From contig CAZGJQ010000003.1 in the NCBI GenBank assembly GCA_964525815.1, positions 1 through 43,237 on the forward strand: a stretch of DNA of 43,237 nucleotides, read 5' to 3'. Positions 35,517-43,237 of the stretch are shown here, piece by piece. The notes beneath the pieces are model-generated. The model did no database searches and was not told where the DNA came from. It saw only the letters and a list, made by a program, of their open reading frames with translations. The DNA comes from an uncultured Oscillospiraceae bacterium (GTDB lineage: Bacteria > Bacillota > Clostridia > Oscillospirales > CAG-382). Numbering within the stretch: the first letter of the stretch is position 1; each line of letters starts with the position of its first letter. Made by a program: the position numbers and the translations under genes.

Positions 35517-36791
35517 TTAAATTCTCTTTGTAATCTCGTTTCTCCTCAGAAAGAGCAGATACATATTAGGAAATATCATTAGTCCGTTTAAAATATCGGC
35601 AATGTCCCATATTACGGTTACCGACGCTAACGCACCCGAAAAGGCAAAGACTACGGCGGCGATACGGTAAAAGGACAGATAAGCCTTTTTGCCGGAGAGG
35701 AACAATATACAGCCCTCGCTGTAAAAGCACCAGCTTATCATGGAGGCAAAAGCAAACACGGTCAGTAAAACAGATAAGAGCGGTCTGCCCGCCAAGCCGA
35801 AGCAATGACCGAACAGCTCCCCGATGTCATTTGTTCCGGCACAAAGCAGAATTAGTCCGGTAATTGTGGTTACGATAAAGGTATCCACGAAGATTTCCAC
35901 AATACCCCACATTCCCTGAGTATGCGGAGTGGCGTCCTCTGCGGCAGCGTGCACTATCGGGGAGGAGCCCATTCCCGCCTCGTTTGAAAACACGCCCCTT
36001 GCGAAGCCCACTCGGACAGCCTGTGAAATCAGAGCTCCCGAAAAACCTCCGACCGCTGCCGTTAAGCCAAATGCTTCCCCGAATATTCTGCCAAAGGCGG
36101 AGGGAATCTGCGGCAGGAACAAAATGATTATGTAAACCGAGCATATGAGATACGCCAGAGAAACGGCGGGCACGACGATTGCGCAAATGCCTGCGATTTT
36201 TTTCTGCCCTCCGAATATAATCAGTGCAAAGAAAAAAGCGATAACAACCGCGGTAAACAGCGGCGATACCCCAATGTCATCAAGAATGCCTGCCACAGCG
36301 TTGGTCTGAGCAAGATTCCCCACGCCGAACGAAGCAAAGATACAGAGAAAGCAAAACAGAATCCCCGTTTTTTTATAGCCAAGCTCGGTAAGACAATACA
36401 TAGCTCCGCCTGCATAACCCTTTTCGGTCCTTTTACGGTGGTTGACCGCAACGGCAACCTCCGCATATTTTATCATCATACCGAAGAAGCCGCTTAGCCA
36501 CATCCAGAATATACTGCCCGCACCGCCTGTCGCAATAGCGAATCCGACGCCGATTATGCTTCCAACCCCGACAGTGCCGCCGATTGCGGTTGCCACTGCC
36601 ATAAACGGAGTTACTCCGCCCTTGGGTTGTCCGTCTCTTTTTTTCAGAGAGCCTATGGTGCCTTTGGTTATTTCCTTTATTCCGGTCAGCGGAAACCATC
36701 CGCTGCGAACCGTAAAATACACTCCGACGGTTAATATTAAAAACACCGTGGGCATACCCCACACTATGTTCTTCACACTCTCCGTAATCAA
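35517..36791 (-). CDS. Alanine/glycine:cation symporter (AgcS/AlsT family)
   Basis: GTVGVG, GGAGSIFWMW, RGVFSNEAGMGS, FVDT. Confidence 0.92.
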   Translation of the reverse strand: MITESVKNIVWGMPTVFLILTVGVYFTVRSGWFPLTGIKEITKGTIGSLKKRDGQPKGGVTPFMAVATAIGGTVGVGSIIGVGFAIATGGAGSIFWMWLSGFFGMMIKYAEVAVAVNHRKRTEKGYAGGAMYCLTELGYKKTGILFCFLCIFASFGVGNLAQTNAVAGILDDIGVSPLFTAVVIAFFFALIIFGGQKKIAGICAIVVPAVSLAYLICSVYIIILFLPQIPSAFGRIFGEAFGLTAAVGGFSGALISQAVRVGFARGVFSNEAGMGSSPIVHAAAEDATPHTQGMWGIVEIFVDTFIVTTITGLILLCAGTNDIGELFGHCFGLAGRPLLSVLLTVFAFASMISWCFYSEGCILFLSGKKAYLSFYRIAAVVFAFSGALASVTVIWDIADILNGLMIFPNMYLLFLRRNEITKRI

Positions 36792-36933
36792 TACACATCA
36801 ATCCTTTATGTAAATGTATATGACGAAGACGGTACATACTTGCATATAGGACGCTTTTTTGCAAAAGATATTCCAAACGGCTCTTCTTTGTGGTATTCTT
36901 AATGAAGAGAATTGTTTAGGGGAGAGTTGGCGA

Positions 36934-37686
36934 ATGAAAACCGCAATTATAACGGGGGCTTCCTCCGGACTGGGTAGAGAATACTTGATAGCTCTAACCG
37001 AATTATGTCCCGAAATCGAGGAGTTCTGGCTGATTGCCCGCAGAGAAAGCAGACTGACAGAGCTTAGCGATGAAATGCCGCAGGTTAAATGCTTTATATT
37101 ACCGCTTGACTTATCGGATAAAGAGAGCCTATCAGCATACAAGCAAATGCTTGCGAAAAAAGAACCGGAGGTTATGCTGCTGATTAACAATGCCGGGTTC
37201 GGAAGGCTCGGGCAAGCGGAGGAGATACCTCTGACGACACAAACTGATATGATAGCGCTCAATTGCTCCGCTCTTACCGCAGTTACATTGCTTACCGTTC
37301 CGTATATGAAAAAAGGCTCCTTTATTATACAGGTCTGTTCGATTGCGGCGTTTTGTCCCACGCCCCGTATGACCGTTTACAGCTCCACAAAGGCATATAT
37401 ATTATCCTTTTCAAAGGGGTTGAGAAGCGAATTAAAGGAAAAAGGAATCAATATGCTGGCGGCTTGCCCGGGTCCTATGGATACCGAATTTATGGCGGTA
37501 GCGAATATTGAAGGTAGGTCGAGATTGTTCGGAATGCTACCGAGATGCGATGTTCGGAGGGTAGCACGCAAATCAATCATAAAGGCAAAAAAGGGTAGAG
37601 CGGTTTATACCGACAGGCTTGTTTACAAGCTGTACAGGGTATTGACCAAGCTGCTTCCCCATAATCTTACTATGAGAAGGCTGTAA
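36934..37686 (+). CDS. Short-chain dehydrogenase/reductase
   Basis: TGASSGLG, NNAGFG, YSSTK, CPGPMDTEF. Confidence 0.92.
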   Translation: MKTAIITGASSGLGREYLIALTELCPEIEEFWLIARRESRLTELSDEMPQVKCFILPLDLSDKESLSAYKQMLAKKEPEVMLLINNAGFGRLGQAEEIPLTTQTDMIALNCSALTAVTLLTVPYMKKGSFIIQVCSIAAFCPTPRMTVYSSTKAYILSFSKGLRSELKEKGINMLAACPGPMDTEFMAVANIEGRSRLFGMLPRCDVRRVARKSIIKAKKGRAVYTDRLVYKLYRVLTKLLPHNLTMRRL

Positions 37687-37717
37687 GCCCAATCCATATG
37701 AGCGGCAACGGAAAATA

Positions 37718-37746
37718 TTGACATATATCAGCCTTTATGTTATCAT
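37718..37746 (+). promoter_or_regulatory. Sigma-A promoter
   Basis: TTGACA-N17-TATCAT with TG extension. Confidence 0.7.
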
Positions 37747-37797
37747 CAAGTAAGGAAAAGTTGCATTGAGATATATAATCAGGAGGTAAATAAAAAA

Positions 37798-38412
37798 GTG
37801 GACAACAAGATATACTTTACAAAGGTGTTTAAGGGGTACAGCCCGGATGAGGTTGAATCCTTTATCATCAAGCTGAACTCCGAGTTTCAGCAAAAGCAGC
37901 AGGATTTTGAGGCGCAGACAAAGAGGTTTAACAATGAAATAGCGGAGCTTAAGCAGCGTTTTGAGGAGACTATAGCCTCAAACGAAAAGCTGTCGGCGGA
38001 AAACAAACAGCTCAAGCAAGATTACGCAAAAATTATTGAGGAAAAAAGAAGCGCAGCACCGACTGTATCCACCCCGGAAAAAAAGAACGATGCCGGAGAC
38101 GACGGAAGGGATTATAAGCGGCTCTGTGAGCAAATGGGCGAGAAGCTGCTGGTGGCGGAAATGCGAGCGGACGAGATTATAAAGCAGGCGCAGCGAAAGG
38201 CGGATGATGTGCTTGACCACTCCTCCGAGAAGGCGGCTCAGGAGATACAGCGTGTTATTGAAGAAGCAAAAAAACGAGCAGAGGGTATTTACAAATCAAT
38301 AGAATCATATGAAAAGAAGCAGGTATTCATAAGCGCAGGGCTTGATCAGGCACGTAAGCATATTTCGGATGCCATAAGCGAGGTGGAATCGCTGATTTCC
38401 GCCCGCAGATAG
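37798..38412 (+). CDS. DivIVA domain-containing coiled-coil protein
   Basis: FTKVFKGYSPDEVESFI DivIVA N-terminal motif, long coiled coil; AGGAGG RBS. Confidence 0.85.
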   Translation: MDNKIYFTKVFKGYSPDEVESFIIKLNSEFQQKQQDFEAQTKRFNNEIAELKQRFEETIASNEKLSAENKQLKQDYAKIIEEKRSAAPTVSTPEKKNDAGDDGRDYKRLCEQMGEKLLVAEMRADEIIKQAQRKADDVLDHSSEKAAQEIQRVIEEAKKRAEGIYKSIESYEKKQVFISAGLDQARKHISDAISEVESLISARR

Positions 38413-38425
38413 GGAGCGGATTATT

Positions 38426-38977
38426 TTGGCATACACCGTAAAGGCACTTAATACAGAAAACATTCGGCAATGGGCACCCACGCTTTCCTGCGGGGACGAA
38501 ATTCTTCTTTCCGGAGTTGTCTATACCGCCCGGGACGCCGCACATAAAAAAATTGCATTAATGCTGCAAAACGGCAAGGAATTACCGTTCCCACTGAAGG
38601 ACAGCGTAATTTATTATGCGGGTCCCACTCCGGCGAAGGAGGGACGTGTCTGCGGCTCTTTCGGTCCTACCACGAGTGGGCGAATGGATTGCTACCCTCA
38701 GCTGTTTGACAACGGTCTTGCCGCCGCAATAGGCAAGGGCGACCGCAACGAGGTTATAGCCCAGGCACTCAAGCGTAACGGAAGCATTTATTTAATCGCT
38801 ATCGGCGGAGCCGGTGCCGTTGCGGCAAAACATATTGCCTCCTGCGAGGAAATCGCTTTTGCGGAGCTGGGCTGCGAGTCGGTAAAACGGCTTGAGTTCA
38901 GAGACTTCCCGCTCATTGTCGCCATTGATACAAGAGGGGGAAACGTCTACCGCAGCAGAGATAGGGAGCGGTTATAA
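38426..38977 (+). CDS. Fe-S hydro-lyase (fumarate hydratase class I / tartrate dehydratase) beta subunit
   Basis: TARDAAH, IYYAGP, GPTTSGRM, IGKG, GGAG, LGCE. Confidence 0.92.
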   Translation: MAYTVKALNTENIRQWAPTLSCGDEILLSGVVYTARDAAHKKIALMLQNGKELPFPLKDSVIYYAGPTPAKEGRVCGSFGPTTSGRMDCYPQLFDNGLAAAIGKGDRNEVIAQALKRNGSIYLIAIGGAGAVAAKHIASCEEIAFAELGCESVKRLEFRDFPLIVAIDTRGGNVYRSRDRERL

Positions 38978-38995
38978 GTAAACGGAGCTATTATT

Positions 38996-40420
38996 ATGAT
39001 AAAAGATAAAACCCTAACAGAAGCACTGACCTTTTTAGAACAACCGGAAATAGCAAAGCAGCTAAGGGAGGATCTATCCTCACTTATCGCTATCCCCAGC
39101 GTTGCGGTTGCAAGAGAGGGCAGCTATCCTTACGGAAAGCAATGCGCAGCCGCCATAAATACCGCTCTTGATATGGGAAGGAATTACGGCTTTACGACCG
39201 AGAATCATGAATACTACTGCGCAAGCATTTTACACGGCTCCAAGCCGGAGGAGGTCGGCTTAGTTGCTCATTTGGATGTGGTGCCTGCCGGAAACGGCTG
39301 GAGCGGCGATCCGTTCGAGCTTACCGTTCGGGACGATATGTATATAGGTAGGGGCGCTCTGGACGACAAGGGTCCGTTCATATGCTGCCTTTATGCCCTC
39401 CGTTTTTTGAAGGAAACGAACAAGAGCCTTCCTTTTTCGGTGCGGCTTATTGCGGGCAGCGATGAGGAGGTCGGCAGCAGTGATCTTGAGTATTTTGCGA
39501 GGGTGAAAAAACCGCCCTTCTTTTCCTTTACACCGGATGCGGAGTTTCCTGTCTGCATAGGTGAAAAGGGAATACTTCAGGTTGATATAATGCTCGGCAG
39601 GCTTCCAAACGAGGTCGAGGAGCTGAGCGGCGGAAGTGTATCCAATGCGGTTCCGGACACTGCATATGCCGTTATATGGGACAGCATAACCGATATAAAA
39701 GACTTGAAAGAGCATGAGCGTGTAAAAGCGGAAAGACCGGACGACAAGCGCATAAAAATAACCGCTTCGGGCAAGGGCGCACATGCCGCCTTACCCGAGA
39801 ACGGTGTGAATGCAATCGGTCTGCTGGCGAGGTTCCTGCTTGACAACGAGCTTATCCGCTCAAATAAGAAGCCCTTTACCTTTCTGGCGAGATCCTGCGG
39901 TGAATATCTCGGTAACGCTCTCGGGATTGACCGCACCGACGAAAAGTTCGGTTACTCGACCTGTGTCGGGGGAACACTTTCGGTGGAGGACGGAATAATT
40001 GTTCAGAACTTCAATATCAGATATATTCCGGACACCACCTATGAGGCGGTACTGGAAAAAATAAAGAATACACTTGCTCCGCAAGGCTTTGCGGTTCGGC
40101 ACGGATTGGTTTCCGAGGGTTATTCCCTCTCTGAGGATGATGAAAGAATCAGGGCTCTTACCGATGCCTGCGAGGCTGTTTTGGGACATAAATGCAAGCC
40201 GTACACAATGGGGGGCGGAACCTACGCACGCTGGCTTGCCAATACCGTTGCCTTCGGTCCCGCAATCGAAAACGAGAGGGGCAGACTCGGATCGGATAAG
40301 GGAGGCGCTCATCAGGCGGATGAATATATTTCTGCAAAAGAGCTGGAAAACACTATCCTGATATATATAAAAAGCATTATGAACCTTGCGGAGGTTTATA
40401 AGGAGAAACTACTCAAATAG
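38996..40420 (+). CDS. M20 dipeptidase (PepV/Sapep family)
   Basis: HLDVVPAG, GRGALDDKGP, DEE, FTPDAEFP, GGGTYAR, AHQADE. Confidence 0.9.
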   Translation: MIKDKTLTEALTFLEQPEIAKQLREDLSSLIAIPSVAVAREGSYPYGKQCAAAINTALDMGRNYGFTTENHEYYCASILHGSKPEEVGLVAHLDVVPAGNGWSGDPFELTVRDDMYIGRGALDDKGPFICCLYALRFLKETNKSLPFSVRLIAGSDEEVGSSDLEYFARVKKPPFFSFTPDAEFPVCIGEKGILQVDIMLGRLPNEVEELSGGSVSNAVPDTAYAVIWDSITDIKDLKEHERVKAERPDDKRIKITASGKGAHAALPENGVNAIGLLARFLLDNELIRSNKKPFTFLARSCGEYLGNALGIDRTDEKFGYSTCVGGTLSVEDGIIVQNFNIRYIPDTTYEAVLEKIKNTLAPQGFAVRHGLVSEGYSLSEDDERIRALTDACEAVLGHKCKPYTMGGGTYARWLANTVAFGPAIENERGRLGSDKGGAHQADEYISAKELENTILIYIKSIMNLAEVYKEKLLK

Positions 40421-41590
40421 GCTAATTGGTTTTTCTACCGCGATATTTTTAATAACCTTGACGCTTGCATTTAAAATGTAAGCGTTTTTTTCATTGTCAA
40501 AACTCCCGTCGCTCTCAAAAGATACGATTTCATCCTCAATCCGTTCAATATATTGTCTGAAGGATTGCTCAGCTCTATCCTTGGCTGCTTCTTCCGAGAT
40601 TGTATAGCGGTTTATCTTGTATTCGGTATACCTTGCAGTAGTAACCACAACGGGAGTCTTGATAACACCGAACAGCTTAGCCTCCTTCTGAGAGACATGT
40701 ATATCATAATATTCAAAAGAGGGTTGCTCCTTCCAAAAAAGGTCAACCGGTCGTCCCATTACGAGGGTGCTCTGGATTTTTTGGGTTTTTCCGGTGTATT
40801 TTTTTTCTGTTTGCTCCAAAGGGATTTCTATATAATACTTTTCCTTTACCTCCGCATACACCTCTCCTCTCGCATGAGCAAGGCGGTAGGAGCCTAATCT
40901 GCTCGGCATAAACGCACTTATTAAAAGCTGACCCTCCACCACTACATCTCCCGCCATAACCTCCGGACTGCCGTCCGAAGCCTCTACTCTGACGATAATA
41001 CCGTCATGCATTGCCACAATATTACAATACCCGGTGGTGTCGGTGATGTCCGGAGGATGAGCACGCTCTAACAGGTCAATCCTCGCATAGGTGCCCTTTA
41101 TGTTTATCGAAATAGAGGATATGTCGTGATTCTCCATAAGAAACCGTTCCTCCACCTTTAAAACATCCAGCTCCGGAATAAAGGCACCCCGCTTCACTCC
41201 GTAGCTCTCCAAAGCGGTTATTATAACATGATCGTTTATGTTTACATTACCGCTTACCGTGACCTCCCATACAAAGAGCTGTGCGTAAAAAATAAAGAAC
41301 AATCCTGCAATACAACCGAGTATTAACCCGTAACGCCCCTTATATTTAGCAAACACAAAGGGTATGCCGGTTGTTTTAATGATTTGCGTGGGCATGCTAT
41401 CCTCCGCAGCGGCGCGAATTACCGCCTCGCAGGAGAAGAGGGACGCCTTCACGACGAGTATATCCGTTTTTCTTTTTGCTCCCCAGAACAGGATTTTTTT
41501 TCGGTTAAGCAGATTTATAAGTCGAACGCCGTATTCTGCCGGTACCGAAATTGTATAGGCTCCGAACAGCATATGGAATAGCTTATACAT
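40409..41590 (-). CDS. yqfD: Sporulation protein YqfD
   Basis: Single TM segment, V.GN, NIVA..DGII...G.P.V..GDVV..GQLLIS, HARG; downstream of yqfC. Confidence 0.88.
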   Translation of the reverse strand: MYKLFHMLFGAYTISVPAEYGVRLINLLNRKKILFWGAKRKTDILVVKASLFSCEAVIRAAAEDSMPTQIIKTTGIPFVFAKYKGRYGLILGCIAGLFFIFYAQLFVWEVTVSGNVNINDHVIITALESYGVKRGAFIPELDVLKVEERFLMENHDISSISINIKGTYARIDLLERAHPPDITDTTGYCNIVAMHDGIIVRVEASDGSPEVMAGDVVVEGQLLISAFMPSRLGSYRLAHARGEVYAEVKEKYYIEIPLEQTEKKYTGKTQKIQSTLVMGRPVDLFWKEQPSFEYYDIHVSQKEAKLFGVIKTPVVVTTARYTEYKINRYTISEEAAKDRAEQSFRQYIERIEDEIVSFESDGSFDNEKNAYILNASVKVIKNIAVEKPISLFE

Positions 41591-41807
41591 AATTAACCCC
41601 TTTTATATAACCGGAAATCGCAATCTTTTTATCCGATAAATACCGCATTTGCATACGCCTTCCGCTGATGTTCAGCGTTTGCCTACCTATTTGCAGGGAA
41701 ATCAGGTTCTCGTCATATCGGAGCAATCCTTCGCAGCCCTCCACCAGCAGGTCATTGTTGCCTCTCATCTCAATATAAGCACCCTCAAACAAGTCTTCTT
41801 TTTTCAT
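41583..41807 (-). CDS. yqfC: YabP/YqfC family sporulation protein
   Basis: IEMRGNNDLLVEGCEGLLRY...I.G..M......I.ISGYI; overlaps the yqfD start. Confidence 0.85.
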   Translation of the reverse strand: MKKEDLFEGAYIEMRGNNDLLVEGCEGLLRYDENLISLQIGRQTLNISGRRMQMRYLSDKKIAISGYIKGVNYV

Positions 41808-41868
41808 AAAACCACCCTGTACGCAAATATACTTCGATATACATATATACTTTGTGCGGAGTGATTTT

Positions 41869-42768
41869 ATGAGAGTATCGGCAAGAAGAGGAGCGTCGGC
41901 ATTCTTCAACGGGCTGATTGTAACAGCGTTCCTTTATCTTTTAATAAACCCCGAAATAGCTTCGGCTTCGGTAACAGAGGGTATATATTTTTGCGTTAAG
42001 ATAATAGTCCCCTCCCTGTATATTTATATGATTCTGGCGAGAATGATTATTTCCATGCCCTTTTCGGAGCTATTGTTCAGCAGGTTGGGCAGATACGGTA
42101 CCGAGGTCGGAGTTTTTACGCTCGGAATGCTTTGCGGATTTCCCATAGGTGCAAAGAGTGCGGTTTTTTTATATGAAAACGGCAGGATAAGCAAAAAGCG
42201 TGCCGAATTCATATGCGCCTTCACAAACAACGCCTCCGTTTCCTTTTTGCTAAGCTATATGGGAGCAATTCTTTTTTCAGACATCAGAGTTGGCATAAGG
42301 CTCGTGGTTTTTCAGCTTATTTCTTCGCTTTCCACAGCTATTATTATTAGATTTGTATGTATGAAGAAGGAAGATTTTAAGGCGACCCAATTCCTAAGCG
42401 GTAAACGGGAAAATTTGGGGGAAGCTGTTATAGACAGCACCTACACCATGCTCTCCGTTTGCGCCTTGATAATAACCTTTTTCGTGCTGGGTGAGATTGC
42501 GTTAAATATCGTGCCTGCAGCCGGCATTTGGCTGGTATTGCTAAGGGGCCTGTTTGAATTCTCGTCCGGCTGTGCTTCTGCCGTCAGTCTTGAGCCGGAT
42601 ATGGCATTCCTTGCGAGCGGGCTTCTTATCGGATTTTCCGGACTTTGCGTGATTATGCAGGTGCTATCGGTTATTCGGGGAATACTGTCACCAAGGCTAT
42701 ACCTCGCAGGACGCCTTATCAGCACGGCGATATTCGGCATTCTATTGATTGTGTTCGGCATTGCTTGA
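41869..42768 (+). CDS. ylbJ: Sporulation integral membrane protein, YlbJ-like
   Basis: IVPSL, LCGFPIGAK, FTNN, GLFEFSSG, GFSGLCVIMQ. Confidence 0.75.
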   Translation: MRVSARRGASAFFNGLIVTAFLYLLINPEIASASVTEGIYFCVKIIVPSLYIYMILARMIISMPFSELLFSRLGRYGTEVGVFTLGMLCGFPIGAKSAVFLYENGRISKKRAEFICAFTNNASVSFLLSYMGAILFSDIRVGIRLVVFQLISSLSTAIIIRFVCMKKEDFKATQFLSGKRENLGEAVIDSTYTMLSVCALIITFFVLGEIALNIVPAAGIWLVLLRGLFEFSSGCASAVSLEPDMAFLASGLLIGFSGLCVIMQVLSVIRGILSPRLYLAGRLISTAIFGILLIVFGIA

Positions 42769-42793
42769 CATTTTTTGTGCGATAATGTATAAT
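42765..42793 (+). promoter_or_regulatory. Consensus sigma-A promoter
   Basis: TTGACA-N17-TATAAT. Confidence 0.75.
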
Positions 42794-42840
42794 CGCAATG
42801 TAAATAAGGGAACTATTTTAACTGTAAAGGGGTGTTTTTC

Positions 42841-43059
42841 ATGCGCAAGGGCAAAATTATAGCAGACCGGGACGAACGAATGTGCCTGTACTGCGAGCAC
42901 AGCACTCCGATAGCCGAAACAGATGCCTGCATATGCGATATAAATGGCATGGTAAAAACGGACGGATATTGCAGAAAGTATGTGCTCGACCTGCTCAAGG
43001 TAAACCCCCGCCCGCCCAAGCCGGTGGATAATACAGACCCGGAGATATTTAGTTTTTAA
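42841..43059 (+). CDS. Small Cys-rich hypothetical protein, possible metal-binding
   Basis: CLYC...CIC...G.V...C motif; AAAGGGG RBS; own promoter. Confidence 0.75.
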   Translation: MRKGKIIADRDERMCLYCEHSTPIAETDACICDINGMVKTDGYCRKYVLDLLKVNPRPPKPVDNTDPEIFSF

Positions 43060-43128
43060 CAGCTTGTAAATGTGCGTATTTTAGACTCGATTGAATATTT
43101 AACTGCCCCTTCTTGGTAGAGGTACACT

Positions 43129-43218
43129 GTCGAAAACATATTGTGCGGTGGATTTTCTGAGCGGAGCGTAGCAGAGTGAGGGAAAACCACCGCACGGTGC
43201 TCGGATGTTTATGTTGAC
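43129..43218 (+). other. Long imperfect hairpin, possible structured RNA or small mobile-element end
   Basis: GTGCGGTGG(A)TTTTC / GAAAACCACCGCAC core stem, extended by AAACAT/ATGTTT and GTCGA/TTGAC. Confidence 0.45.
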
Positions 43219-43237
43219 ATTAAAGCATGGATTTGTT

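Noticed and set aside
43143-43147. GTGCG as a possible group II intron 5' end
   Set aside because: Only 5 nt, and it is paired within the local hairpin; no other intron features are visible.
1-43237. CRISPR arrays, tRNA/rRNA genes, T-box or riboswitch before serC, integrases or transposases
   Set aside because: None recognised by eye. The serC leader is too short for a T-box. A covariance-model scan would be needed to exclude ncRNAs fully.

Overview
Chromosomal window from a spore-forming Clostridia-type Firmicute, inferred from yqfC/yqfD/ylbJ-like sporulation genes, a SCIFF locus, and many near-consensus TTGACA-N17-TATAAT promoters. It is mostly housekeeping and accessory metabolism: birA-bioY with a BirA operator, a MATE transporter, a Na+-type membrane pyrophosphatase, an ABC exporter, serC-serA, a P-type Ca2+-ATPase, an alanine symporter, and a DivIVA-domain/fumarase-beta/M20 peptidase cluster. 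I saw no rRNA, tRNA, CRISPR array or intact transposase. The most notable observations are: (1) a SCIFF/ranthipeptide precursor, missed by the ORF track, in which the Cys32 that donates the thioether in characterised homologues is Ser, beside an intact-looking maturase; (2) a promoter-leader peptide-terminator attenuator layout upstream of a methyltransferase/NAD-epimerase pair; (3) a solitary AT-rich KAP P-loop NTPase, a candidate single-gene defence insertion; (4) an orphan PstS-like lipoprotein fused to two RsiV/PdaC-like repeats; (5) an orphan cpsC-cpsD pair with a 12-Tyr tail; (6) a CHAP-SH3-dockerin protein; (7) a long structured element at the right edge. All family assignments come from motif recognition by eye, not database searches.
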